Source: Candidatus Binatia bacterium (GTDB lineage: Bacteria > Desulfobacterota > Binatia > UBA9968 > JAJDTQ01). Taken from it: a stretch of 64,000 nucleotides of DNA. This document shows, in pieces, positions 8,179 to 17,582 of the stretch. The translations under genes were made by a program, and so were the position numbers. The notes under the pieces were generated by a model. The model did no database searches and was not told the DNA's origin. It saw only the letters and a list, made by a program, of their open reading frames with translations. Position 1 is the stretch's first letter. Every line of letters begins with the position of its first letter. The stretch covers positions 4,320,001 through 4,384,000 of the forward strand of contig OY762897.2 in assembly GCA_963666515.2 (NCBI GenBank), in the 5' to 3' direction.

Positions 8179-8877
8179 ATGGATCTTAGACGGATCAAGA
8201 CCGAAGCGGATCATCGGGCCGCTGTCGCTGAAATTGAAGCGCTGATGGGCGCTGAGCCGGGTAGCGAGGCGTTCGGCCAGCTTGAACGGCTCGCGAAGTT
8301 AGTGGACGCTTACGAGGCCAAAACTCACCCAATAGCGGCACCGGAACCGATTGACGCATTTATCTTCCACCTGGAGCAACTTCGGGACCCTCGCGTCCAG
8401 ATTTCCAACTACCCCAACGTTTCAAGCAAACTGAAGGAGTTGGGCTGCTCGCCGCCCAAGGGCATTGGTATCCTACCCGATCGGTTTGACACCCTTACAT
8501 CCAAGGACGCCTTCGCACGGGTATCTTTGACAGGCCCGGTAGTGAAACTGCTCAAAGAGAACAAGATACCAGTTTCGATAATTAAACGGGAAGGGCAGAC
8601 ACTGCCGACCAGTCGCACTGCCTCGTCCAAATGGGTCGCGCCGACCCTCCTGGTATCTGCTGCGCTCTGGTTGCAGAATCCTGAGGCTGTCTCTCTTGCC
8701 CTTGGCGTAGTCGCCAACTATTTGGCCGACCGATTCAAGGGGACAAAGGCCGAGTTAGATATAGTGCTCCAGGAGGACGGATCAAGGCCGTGCAAGAAAA
8801 TCAGCTACAAAGGACCCGTTGAAGGACTGAAAGAACTGCCTGAAATTATCAAGTCGGCAAGCCGTCCTTCGCGTTGA
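8179..8877 (+). CDS. HigA N-terminal domain fused to an unrelated ~165-aa domain (no HTH)
   Basis: First ~68 aa HigA-like (IKTEADHRAA...YEAKTHPIAAPEPIDAF); remainder is not an XRE HTH. Confidence 0.75.
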   Translation: MDLRRIKTEADHRAAVAEIEALMGAEPGSEAFGQLERLAKLVDAYEAKTHPIAAPEPIDAFIFHLEQLRDPRVQISNYPNVSSKLKELGCSPPKGIGILPDRFDTLTSKDAFARVSLTGPVVKLLKENKIPVSIIKREGQTLPTSRTASSKWVAPTLLVSAALWLQNPEAVSLALGVVANYLADRFKGTKAELDIVLQEDGSRPCKKISYKGPVEGLKELPEIIKSASRPSR

Positions 8878-8947
8878 CAACCCTGAGCCGCGTGATGGCC
8901 CGCCGGTCCTGACATGGGGTTTTCAAAGAAACCCGCGAACACACGGG

Positions 8948-11122
8948 TCAGTGTCGTAGTTGACCGGCCCGCATGTCCTTCAACATCTCCAGGATGTCAT
9001 CCTCGATAGCCTGGATGTCCGCCTCGATCTCCGCGATGGGCCGGGGCGCCTTGTAGCGGTAGAAGTAGCGGTTGAAGTTGATCTCGTAGCCGACGAGTCC
9101 GACCTTGGCGTCCCGGTGGTCCCGTTTCGACGTGTCGATCCAGGCGTCCGGGACATGGGGCTTGACCTCGTGCTCGAAGAACGCCCGGACGCTGGCGGGC
9201 ACGCCATCGGCGTCCGCGGGGTCCTCTCCCTCCGGGAGCGGCACGCGCTCGGTGTCCCGAAGCTCCGGGTCGGGTTCCGGCCTGCCGTCCGCGTCGCGAC
9301 AGATATCCGCCTTCTCGTCGCGTTCGGCGAGGGCCGTGAGGATTGCCTTCTTCACCGGCGCCGGCAGCTTGATGCCGGCCTTGGTGGTGGCCGTCGTGAG
9401 TGCCGCAAGAAAGGCCTCGCGGTCCTTGCAGATGGTATCGGGCATCCGCTTGAGCATGGTGCGGATGGCTTCCTGCCGCGCGCGGCCCTCGGCCTCCTCC
9501 CTGGCTCCGGCGTCGCCGCGCCTCCTCGATTTCGCCAGGTTCTGAAAGCCCTTCTGCTCGTCCAGACGGGCGATGCGCTCGGGGCTTGCGTGGAAGTTGA
9601 GCCGTAGCGGGCGCTCGACGGTGATCTTGCGGAAGCCGAACCGGGTGGTGGGAAAGATGCGGCTGACGGTCACTTCCTCTTCGTTCCCGTCCTCCGTGCG
9701 CGTGCGTGTCTCGCCGTCCTTGTGACCGGACCGGAGACTCAGCACTTCCGCGGCCATTTCCGGCGGTATCTCGCGCCGCTTGTCGCCGAGGCTCCGGCGC
9801 ATGGGCGACCAGAGGGAAGTGGCGTCGATGAGCTGCACCTTTCCCCGTCGTTCGGGCGTCTTGCGGTTGGTCAGGAGCCACACGTAGGTGGCGATGCCCG
9901 TGTTGTAGAAGAGCTGCTCGGGCAGGGCGATGAGCGCCTCCAGCAGGTCGTTCTCCAGGATGAAGCGCCGGATCTCGCTCTCGCCGCTGCCGGCGTCGCC
10001 GGTAAACAGGGGCGAGCCGTTCATGATGATGGCGATGCGCGCGCCGCCCTGGTCCGGCGGCCTCGCGTGCGCGAGCATGTGCAGCAGGAACAGGGTCTGC
10101 CCGTCGCTGATACGCGGAAGGCCCGGCCCGAAGCGTCCGCCCGGACCGCGCTGGTGCTCCGTCTCGACCGTCTCCTGGTCCCGTTTCCAGTCCTTGCCGT
10201 AAGGCGGGTTGGCGATCAGGTAGTCGAAGGTCTGGCCGGGGTGGCGGTCGTTGGACAGGGTGCTTCCGAAGGCGATGTTCTCGGCGTCGCGGCCCGTCGG
10301 GTCCTTCATGAAGATGTCCGACTTGGACACCGCCCAGGTCTCCGGGTTCACTTCCTGTCCGAAAAGGTGGATGTCGGCCGCGGCGTTGATGGCGGGTCGA
10401 AGCAGGTCCGTCCCGGTCGCGCCGCCGTTTCGCCGCACTCCGACCGTGACGTGTTCCTTGGCGATCATCAGCATGCCGCCGGAGCCGCAGCAGGGGTCGT
10501 ACACGCTGCGGATGGCGCCCGGAGCGGCGATGAGGCTCTCGTCTCCGGCCAGCATGAGGTCCACCATCAGGTGGACGACGTCGCGGGGCGTGAAGTGCTC
10601 GCCGGGGTTCTCGTCCAGCGCCTCGTTGAACCGTCGGATCAACTCCTCGAAGATCGTCCCCATGGTCGGGTTGTCGATCCGGTCCGGGTGCAGGTCCACG
10701 TTCTTGAAGCGCTCCAGCACCTGGAACAGCAGGCCGGCTTCTTCGAGCTTGCTGATGGTGTTGTCGAAGTCGAAGTGCTCCAGCACGCTGCGCATGTTCC
10801 CGCTGAAGCCGGCGATGTAGTTCCGAAGGTTCGCCGCCACCTGCGGCGCGTCGCCCAGCAGCTTGTCGAAGTCGTAGCGCGAGGTGTTGTAGAAGGCGAA
10901 GCCCGATGCCGTGCGCAGCGCCCCGTCGAGGTCGTGCAGCCCGCGCTGGCTCAACTCCGCCTGGCGCCTGAGCACCGCCTCCTTGGTGTCCGCCAGCACG
11001 CAGTCGAGCCGGCGCAGCACCGTCAGCGGCAGGATGACATCCTGGTACTTCCCGCGCTTGAAGCTGTCCCGGATCAGGTCCGCGACGCTCCAGAGAAAGC
11101 TGACGATCTCGCTGTGGTTCAT
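8948..11122 (-). CDS. hsdM: Type I restriction-modification N6-adenine methyltransferase
   Basis: GEHFTPR, YDPCCGSGG, ANPPY and GYEINFNRYFY motifs. Confidence 0.95.
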   Translation of the reverse strand: MNHSEIVSFLWSVADLIRDSFKRGKYQDVILPLTVLRRLDCVLADTKEAVLRRQAELSQRGLHDLDGALRTASGFAFYNTSRYDFDKLLGDAPQVAANLRNYIAGFSGNMRSVLEHFDFDNTISKLEEAGLLFQVLERFKNVDLHPDRIDNPTMGTIFEELIRRFNEALDENPGEHFTPRDVVHLMVDLMLAGDESLIAAPGAIRSVYDPCCGSGGMLMIAKEHVTVGVRRNGGATGTDLLRPAINAAADIHLFGQEVNPETWAVSKSDIFMKDPTGRDAENIAFGSTLSNDRHPGQTFDYLIANPPYGKDWKRDQETVETEHQRGPGGRFGPGLPRISDGQTLFLLHMLAHARPPDQGGARIAIIMNGSPLFTGDAGSGESEIRRFILENDLLEALIALPEQLFYNTGIATYVWLLTNRKTPERRGKVQLIDATSLWSPMRRSLGDKRREIPPEMAAEVLSLRSGHKDGETRTRTEDGNEEEVTVSRIFPTTRFGFRKITVERPLRLNFHASPERIARLDEQKGFQNLAKSRRRGDAGAREEAEGRARQEAIRTMLKRMPDTICKDREAFLAALTTATTKAGIKLPAPVKKAILTALAERDEKADICRDADGRPEPDPELRDTERVPLPEGEDPADADGVPASVRAFFEHEVKPHVPDAWIDTSKRDHRDAKVGLVGYEINFNRYFYRYKAPRPIAEIEADIQAIEDDILEMLKDMRAGQLRH

Positions 11123-11154
11123 GAGGCTACTGACACAAGGGCCGGGGCCAAGGC

Positions 11155-11220
11155 TCAAGCCTCTCGGTCAGCGGCGAATGCCAAGCAGGCGTGGATGTCG
11201 GCACGCTCGAGATCCGCGTC
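11155..11220 (-). pseudogene. C-terminal remnant of a DUF433-type antitoxin
   Basis: DADLERADIHACLAFAADREA* directly after the grdA stop. Confidence 0.55.
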
Positions 11221-11690
11221 TACCCCGCCCGCATCCCCGCCAGCGCGTCTACGATGGCGTCCGCGTCCAGCCCCATCTCCAGGATCTCGATGTTTTCGGC
11301 GTACTGGTCGGGGTCGATGGCGGCTTTCACGTGGGGCTCGAAGACGTGGTAGGCCGGGAGGCCGAGTTCGATGCCGGCGAGGGGTCCGGCGTAGGAGGGG
11401 TCGCCGGTGGTGACGGTCTCGAACTGAACCTGGCTGCTCTCGGTGGTGGGGGCGCCGAGCAGCACGACGATGCCGTCCTTTCCGAATTCTTCCGCGAGTT
11501 CCTTGATTCGACCTTGATCCTCAAGGTCCATGGCCCCAGCGGCTGTTCAGACGAAGCACTGGGTGGCGGCGTACGCGACCTCGCCTCCCAGTCCCGCGAT
11601 GGCCTGCTCGATGACCGGGGCGGGGACGCCGTCCCGCTCTCCCAGGATGATCAGCTTCTTGCCGTTGAGGGTGATGGGTTGTGCGGTCAT
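11220..11690 (-). CDS. grdA: Glycine/sarcosine/betaine reductase selenoprotein A (Sec at codon 48)
   Basis: LIILGERDGVP...QCFV-UGA-TAAGAMDLEDQ...TVTTGDPSYAGPLAG; UGA at 11547-11549. Confidence 0.92.
11510..11528 (-). promoter_or_regulatory. Bacterial SECIS-like hairpin
   Basis: mRNA GACCUUGA-GGA-UCAAGGUC, a perfect 8-bp stem starting 18 nt after the UGA. Confidence 0.65.
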
Positions 11691-11711
11691 GGGTTTCTCC
11701 TCGCTTTTCGT

Positions 11712-13160
11712 CTATCCCCCGTTCCGTTCGATCAGCACCGACATGCCGTCCGTCAGTTCGGTCATCTGGCCCAGGAACAGGCTGGCGCGGGCCACCAGCA
11801 TGCAGTTCCGAATCGCGCCGGCGGCCATCTCCCGGAGCGCGTGGGGCACGTAGACGAAGCCGGAGGCGATGTGCCCCTGGGTGGGGGCGTAGCCGCATAC
11901 CCCCTTGGCGCGGGCGAAGCTGGCGATGTCGCTCCGGTCGATCTCCTTGGCCATGGCCAGCATGGCGGCCATCATCTTGTAGTTGCGGGCGGCCACGTCG
12001 CCGGCCTTGGCGGACACCGTGATGTCCGGGTTGTGCAGCTCGGTCACCACCCGGTCGAGCCGGTCCACGCCCCATTCTAGCCGCCGCAAGGGCTCCAGGA
12101 CAAGCTCCCGGAACTGCTTGTCGAGGGCGGCCCCGGCCTTGACGGGATGGCGGCCGACGGCCTGCAGGTTCACCGTCGGGCTGCGGCCGTCGTCGCGGCC
12201 GATCCACACGGCCACCGCGGACAGCGCGTCCTCCAGCACCGGGATGCCCTGCTCCAGGTGGTAGAGGGACTTCATGCCGAGCTTGGGGAGCGACCCGCCG
12301 CCCACCACGACGACGTTCTCGAATACGCCGCTCTCCACCAGCGAGGCGCCGATGACCATGGCGGGAATGGGCGCGGCGCAGAAGTCCTTGATGTCGATGC
12401 CGGTGCCGAGGTCGCATCCGGCGAACTCGGTGATGGCCTTGGCCATGTTGCCGCCGCCCCGCTGGTAGCGGTCGCCCACGGCCTCCTCCGAGCAGCTCAG
12501 CACGAGGTCCACGTCGCTCACGCCCAGGCCGTCCACGTGGTCCAGCAACTCGTGCACGGCCAGAGCGCCGGAGACCTTGCAGCAGAGGTTCTCCAGCAGC
12601 ACCGCGGCCGACAGCGCCTCGTCCTCGGAATGGCCCGTTTTCACCACCCCCACGGGCGCGCCCTCGCCGCCGGCGAAGAGCGGCAGGCTGCCGGAGGCTT
12701 CCAGCGCAACGTCGAGCTGCGCGTCGGTGAGCAGTGCCGGCGCCGCCGACGCCAGCGGCGCCGTAAGCGGCGATTCCGCCAGCACGGGCCCCATCTCCTC
12801 CCAGAACCGCTCGCGTAGCAGCACGTGCTTGAACGGATCCGCGCAGGCAAGCAGGGCGAGGAAACGGCGTTCCTCCATGATGTGCCCGAACGGCGCATCG
12901 CCGCCGTCCGCCTCGGCCAGCTTGTCGAACCAGGGCTGCTCCACCTCCCACAGCCGCGCCGGCGACTGGCTGCCGATGAACACCTGGTTGGGCAGGTAGC
13001 GGCAGGCTTCGTCGTAGCCCCACAGGCCACGCGTCAGCTCGGCCAGGAACTCCGGGCGGGCGTTGGCTTCCCGGAACGGCTTCGAGCCGTAGCGGACCAA
13101 AGTCGGAGTGTGCGCGAGGGAGGTGGCCGCGCCCCGGATGACGGGTCGATTCGTCGGCAT
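11712..13160 (-). CDS. grdC: Glycine/sarcosine/betaine reductase component C, beta subunit
   Basis: CSEEAVGDRYQRGGGNMAKAI, ELHNPDIT and GYAPTQGHI motifs; directly upstream of grdA. Confidence 0.9.
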   Translation of the reverse strand: MPTNRPVIRGAATSLAHTPTLVRYGSKPFREANARPEFLAELTRGLWGYDEACRYLPNQVFIGSQSPARLWEVEQPWFDKLAEADGGDAPFGHIMEERRFLALLACADPFKHVLLRERFWEEMGPVLAESPLTAPLASAAPALLTDAQLDVALEASGSLPLFAGGEGAPVGVVKTGHSEDEALSAAVLLENLCCKVSGALAVHELLDHVDGLGVSDVDLVLSCSEEAVGDRYQRGGGNMAKAITEFAGCDLGTGIDIKDFCAAPIPAMVIGASLVESGVFENVVVVGGGSLPKLGMKSLYHLEQGIPVLEDALSAVAVWIGRDDGRSPTVNLQAVGRHPVKAGAALDKQFRELVLEPLRRLEWGVDRLDRVVTELHNPDITVSAKAGDVAARNYKMMAAMLAMAKEIDRSDIASFARAKGVCGYAPTQGHIASGFVYVPHALREMAAGAIRNCMLVARASLFLGQMTELTDGMSVLIERNGG

Positions 13161-13267
13161 GGGAGGGAACTTATAACGTCCGGAAAAGGTGGGCAAGGGC
13201 GCCGGGCGCGCCGTCCGCGGCCTGAATGCCCGTTCGAGTTGCGCAAGACCGGCGAGCCTCAAAGCCT

Positions 13268-13328
13268 GGATACCGGGTCAAGCCCGGTATGACGCGGAGG
13301 AGGATACCGGGTCAAGCCCGGTATGACG
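13268..13328. repeat. Two tandem palindromic REP-like units
   Basis: GGATACCGGGTCAAGCCCGGTATGACG at 13268-13294 and 13302-13328. Confidence 0.85.
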
Positions 13329-13486
13329 ATTCGGGCATCGGCGACGGTTACGGTGGCACGCCAAACCCCGATTTCCGTTCTCTCGACTCGCCGCGTTCCT
13401 TGTAATAAGATCCGCGAATGCAAATAGGGCCGGTCGCCGGAACCGCCTCACGCGGCACCGGCCAGCCGCACCCGCGGGAGGAAACC

Positions 13487-14932
13487 ATGAACGATTCGAA
13501 ACAGAAGCAGTTCGCCATGGACGCCGTCGAGGAGAACGGGACCAACATCGCCCTCCTCGGCGACAACATCTTCTATTTCGCCGAGCTTGGGATGCAGGAG
13601 TTCCGCACCACCGGGCTCATGACGGAGATACTGGAGCAGGCGGGCTTCGAGATCGAGCGGAACATCTCGGGGATTCCCACGGCGTTCATCGCCACCTACG
13701 GGTCGGGCAAGCCGGTGGTGGCGCTGCACACGGAGTTCGACGCCACGCCCTCCAGCTCGCAGATGCCGGGGGTGGCGGAGCAGAAGCCCATCATCGACGG
13801 CGCGCCGGGGCACACCGAGGGGCACAACGTCAACGCCGCGGTGATGATCGGCGCCGCGGTGGCGGTCAAGAAGACCATGGAGCAGTTCGACATCCAGGGG
13901 ACGCTCCGGGTCTACGGCGCCCCGGCCGAGGAGCAGCTCGTGAGCCGCCCGTATTTCGTGCGAGACGGCTATTTCAAGGACGTGGACGTGGCGCTGCACG
14001 ACCACATCGGCTCCAACCTGGGAACCGTGTACGGCCTGCGGCAGTACGCGCTCATCTCCGCGGAGTTCACCTTCAAGGGCGAGAGCGCCCACGCCGCCAC
14101 CTCGCCCTGGAACGCCCGCGACGCGCTGGACGCCGCGGTGCTCATGGACATCGGCTGGGACAAGCTGCGGGAGCACCTGGAACCCTCCCAGCGTAGCCAC
14201 CGGGTCATCAGCAACGGCGGCGACCAGCCCAACGTCATCCCCAACACCGCCACCATCTGGTGGTTCTTCCGCGAGGCCACCGCGGAGCGCGCCCGCGCCC
14301 TGTTCGAGAAGGCCAAGCGCGTCGCCCAGGGCGCGGCCACCATGACCGACACCTCCTACTCGGTGAACGTGCTGAGCGCGGTGGCGCCCACCCGCTGCAA
14401 CCGCGTGCTGGCCGAGGTGATCCAGCAGAACATCGAGGCCGTGGGCATGCCGCAGTGGAGCGAGGACGAGCAGAAGCTCGTCACCGACGTGCAGTCCAAG
14501 GTCAACGTCAAGGCCACGGGAATGCCCACGCAGGTGGCCCAGCTCCGGGAAGCGGTGCAGTCCGTGTCCGCCAACGACTCCGGCGACGTGTGCTGGGTGG
14601 TGCCGTCCGGCGTGGTGAACTTCCCGTCCAACATACCGGGCATCGCCTACCACCACTGGGGCGCGGGCGTGTCGCTGGCCACCTCCGTGGCCCACAAGGG
14701 CGCGGTGGCCGGGGCCAAGACCATGGCCGCCTCGGCCGTCGACCTCCTGATGGACCCGCAACTGGTGGCGCGCGCCAGGGAGACCTTCAAGGAAGAGATC
14801 GGCGGCGTGGAGTACCGCCCGCTGCTGCCCGACGACCAGCAGCCGCCACTGGAACTGAACCGCGCCATCATGGAGCGCTACCGCTCGGCCATGGAAGCCC
14901 ACTATCCGAAGGAGAAGCCGGCATTCAGCTAA
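13487..14932 (+). CDS. M20 amidohydrolase (AbgB-like)
   Basis: ELGMQEF, GHTEGHN, PAEE and HAATSPW motifs; GGAGG RBS. Confidence 0.9.
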   Translation: MNDSKQKQFAMDAVEENGTNIALLGDNIFYFAELGMQEFRTTGLMTEILEQAGFEIERNISGIPTAFIATYGSGKPVVALHTEFDATPSSSQMPGVAEQKPIIDGAPGHTEGHNVNAAVMIGAAVAVKKTMEQFDIQGTLRVYGAPAEEQLVSRPYFVRDGYFKDVDVALHDHIGSNLGTVYGLRQYALISAEFTFKGESAHAATSPWNARDALDAAVLMDIGWDKLREHLEPSQRSHRVISNGGDQPNVIPNTATIWWFFREATAERARALFEKAKRVAQGAATMTDTSYSVNVLSAVAPTRCNRVLAEVIQQNIEAVGMPQWSEDEQKLVTDVQSKVNVKATGMPTQVAQLREAVQSVSANDSGDVCWVVPSGVVNFPSNIPGIAYHHWGAGVSLATSVAHKGAVAGAKTMAASAVDLLMDPQLVARARETFKEEIGGVEYRPLLPDDQQPPLELNRAIMERYRSAMEAHYPKEKPAFS

Positions 14933-15078
14933 AGCTGCCCGCGCGGGCCGGGTCTGTGGCCGGCAACGATCCGTATCCCAGGGAGGAATCCGCATTCGGC
15001 TAACGCGGTCGCGTCCCGTGAACCGAAGGCCGGGCAGGTCGCGAAGCCGGAAAGGAGGACTCCGCATTCAGCTAACGC
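14911..15078 (+). repeat. Three 25-bp degenerate direct repeats of the amidohydrolase 3' end
   Basis: GGAGAAGCCGGCATTCAGCTAAAGC, GGAGGAATCCGCATTCGGCTAACGC and GGAGGACTCCGCATTCAGCTAACGC at 14911, 14982 and 15054. Confidence 0.75.
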
Positions 15079-16571
15079 TACCGCTCCAGGGGCCGGAAAT
15101 CCGCCTGCGCGCGCTGCTCGACCGCGTCACCGCGGGCGAGAGGGTCCACCGCCGGCCCCGCCTCCGTCCGTCGCTGGTGGACAAGGTGCTGCGGGACCCG
15201 TTCTGGGTCTGGTGCCAGTACCACGCGCCCAAGGCAGAGGCGGTGAACGAAATCGGCCGCTACGAGCAGATGCGCTACCGCCGCGGCGTCGAGCACGAGG
15301 ACGCCTGGGTGGCTGCGCACTATCCCGACGCCCTGGCCATCAGGCCCGACTTCGGCCACGAGGCTCTCGTCCGTACCCTCCGCGCCATGCTCGACGGCGT
15401 TCCCGCCATCCACCAGCCACAACTCTGGGACCTGGGCCGCGACGTCTACGGCCGCGGCGACCTGCTGGTGCGCGACGACAGCCACGGCTCGGACCTGGGC
15501 CCCTACCACTACCGGGTCATCGAGATAAAGCGGGCGCGCAGGCTCAGGGACGGGTACGCGCTCCAGGCGGCCTTGTACAACCGCACCGTGGGCGCCATCC
15601 AGGGCTACACGCCGAGCCACGTGACCGTGGCGTTGCGGCACGAGGTCCAACCGGTGGACGTCGCCGGGCTCGGGAAACAGATGGACGACGTGGTAGCGTG
15701 CTGGGCCCGGCTGCGGGACGGCGCCGTGGAGCAGCCCGAGACCCGACGGCCGCCCGAGGTCACCGACTCGCCCTGGCGGGTGTACGGCAACAAGCTCGTG
15801 CACGAGCGCCGTGACCTGGTTCTGCTGGCCGGAGTCCGAGCGCCGGAGCGGGCGAAGCTCAGAGCCGCGGGCATCCGCCGCGTGGACGATTTGTGGAGCC
15901 GCTCACTCGAAGAGATCAACGATATCCTGGGTCCGCACCACGGCGCCACCGCCTGCAACGTGGCGCAGAGCTACAGGACCGGACAGCACGTCCCAAGGCC
16001 GGGCTGCGAGCTGCGCATCCCCCGGGCCAAACGGCTCTTGTACTTCGACTTCGAGACCTCCGACGACATGCATCCCGCCATGCCGCCCCACGTCTACCTC
16101 ATCGGCTGCTGGGACGGTTCCCGCGACCAGTTCGTCAGGTTCCTCGCCCGCGGCCCCGAGGACGAAATGGAGATATTCGAGGGGTTCCTCGACTACGTGG
16201 GGGACGATATCGAAGCCGTGCGCCTGTACCACTGGACCGACTACGAGGTCTGGCAGATGAAGGCCGTCATGCGCCGCTGGCCGCGGCTGGAGTGGCGGCT
16301 GGCGCGGCTCATGGGCTCCTGTGTCGACCTGAAGCAGTGCATCCAGGACGCCGTCTACCTGCCGGTGCCCAGCTTCTCCATCAAGAGCGTCGCCCCGGCC
16401 CTGGGCTTCCACTGGCGGCAGCAGGGATTCGGCGCCTACGACGCGTTGCTCTGCTACTGGGACTCCCTCGAAACCGGCGACCGCTCCCTGGCCGAAAAGG
16501 CCGTCCGCTACAACGAGGACGACTGCCTCGCCATGTGGCACGTAGATCAGAGGCTCACCGGGGGCGCATAA
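15018..16571 (+). CDS. TM0106-family RecB-like nuclease (PD-(D/E)xK + RNase H-like)
   Basis: GRGDLLVR...VIEIK...LQAALY; YFDFET; YNEDDC; start codon uncertain. Confidence 0.85.
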   Translation: MNRRPGRSRSRKGGLRIQLTLPLQGPEIRLRALLDRVTAGERVHRRPRLRPSLVDKVLRDPFWVWCQYHAPKAEAVNEIGRYEQMRYRRGVEHEDAWVAAHYPDALAIRPDFGHEALVRTLRAMLDGVPAIHQPQLWDLGRDVYGRGDLLVRDDSHGSDLGPYHYRVIEIKRARRLRDGYALQAALYNRTVGAIQGYTPSHVTVALRHEVQPVDVAGLGKQMDDVVACWARLRDGAVEQPETRRPPEVTDSPWRVYGNKLVHERRDLVLLAGVRAPERAKLRAAGIRRVDDLWSRSLEEINDILGPHHGATACNVAQSYRTGQHVPRPGCELRIPRAKRLLYFDFETSDDMHPAMPPHVYLIGCWDGSRDQFVRFLARGPEDEMEIFEGFLDYVGDDIEAVRLYHWTDYEVWQMKAVMRRWPRLEWRLARLMGSCVDLKQCIQDAVYLPVPSFSIKSVAPALGFHWRQQGFGAYDALLCYWDSLETGDRSLAEKAVRYNEDDCLAMWHVDQRLTGGA

Positions 16572-16580
16572 CCGAAACGT

Positions 16581-16765
16581 CTGGACCCCGGATCAAGTCC
16601 GGGGTGACGGATTCGCGGATCAGGCCCGGGGTGACCGATTCACGAGTCCAGCCCGGGTGACGGATGAGGGTAAGGTCACCCCGGTCCCCCATAACGTCAC
16701 CCTGGTCCCCTATAACCTCACCCCGGTCCCCCATAACGTCACCCCGGACTTGATCCGGGGTCCAG
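16581..16765. repeat. Composite REP-like inverted repeat with internal 21-bp tandem units
   Basis: 29-bp IR at 16581-16609 / 16737-16765; three copies of GTCACCCCGGTCCCCCATAAC-like unit. Confidence 0.85.
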
Positions 16766-16784
16766 GAAGGGTGGGCCGGCGGGG

Positions 16785-17384
16785 CTATCCCTTCCTGGCA
16801 ATCATCCGGGCCTCGTCCAGGTCCCGGCCGCCCGTCCGCCGCAGGATCGCCGCCTCGTACCCGTCCATGAGCGGCGTGACGATGCCGCTTTGCTTCGCGT
16901 CCATGAGGTAGCGGATCCCGTCCCTCCCCGTGGCGCCCGATGGCGCCCTGGCGCTCGCGATAGCCAGACGCGCCAGCAGTTCGGGCGTCGGCTCCTCGAT
17001 GTTCGCCCGCAACGCCGCGTGGAACACCACGTCCAGCCCGGCGAAGCCGTCCAACCGCCCCAGGAAGGCGCTGTCCGGATCGGACGGGTCCACGTCCGCG
17101 TAGCGGTCGCCGCTGCCCACCCGGTTCCGTTCCCGCCGGTAGAGCATGTCCTGGGCCGCGGTCTCGGAAACCGAATCGTCCAGCACCAGCACCACCCCGG
17201 CGACCCGCGCTCCGCCCCGCTCCACCGGCACCAGCGTCGGCGCCCGGTCGCGCACGCGGCTGCTGCGGGAGAACTCCACCCGGAACGGCGTCTCCACGCC
17301 GCCGATGCGGCGCACCGTCACCGGCCCGATCTCCGCCCCCGGATTGGGTATCAACGAACCATACGCGAGAATGCCGATGGTCAT
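16785..17384 (-). CDS. Gamma-glutamylcyclotransferase (ChaC-like) family
   Basis: ILAYGSL N-terminus; APTLVP; LYRRE. Confidence 0.75.
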   Translation of the reverse strand: MTIGILAYGSLIPNPGAEIGPVTVRRIGGVETPFRVEFSRSSRVRDRAPTLVPVERGGARVAGVVLVLDDSVSETAAQDMLYRRERNRVGSGDRYADVDPSDPDSAFLGRLDGFAGLDVVFHAALRANIEEPTPELLARLAIASARAPSGATGRDGIRYLMDAKQSGIVTPLMDGYEAAILRRTGGRDLDEARMIARKG

Positions 17385-17541
17385 GAGGGTTCATTCTCGC
17401 AGTGCGCCCGTGGCGCTGCAAGGTCGGATTTCGCTCGACGTAAGGAGAGCCGAAGCCGGGAATTCTTGGAAATACGGAGTCTCAACTACTGAAATTCAGG
17501 AGTCTGACTTCCTGAATTGTCGAAACACAGTGGAGTCCATT

Positions 17542-17571
17542 CTTGCATTCCGCAATATGCAAGGCTATACA
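17542..17571 (+). promoter_or_regulatory. Sigma70-like promoter with overlapping inverted-repeat operator
   Basis: TTGCAT-17 bp-TATACA; CTTGCAT-n8-ATGCAAG palindrome upstream of the XRE gene. Confidence 0.5.
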
Positions 17572-17582
17572 GAAAGCCAACC

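Noticed and set aside
11220-11690. grdA as a nonsense pseudogene
   Set aside because: The UGA is at the conserved CxxU position and is followed by a SECIS-like hairpin
14911-15078. CRISPR array
   Set aside because: Only three degenerate, non-palindromic repeats, the first being the end of a coding gene; no cas1/cas2 or effector genes
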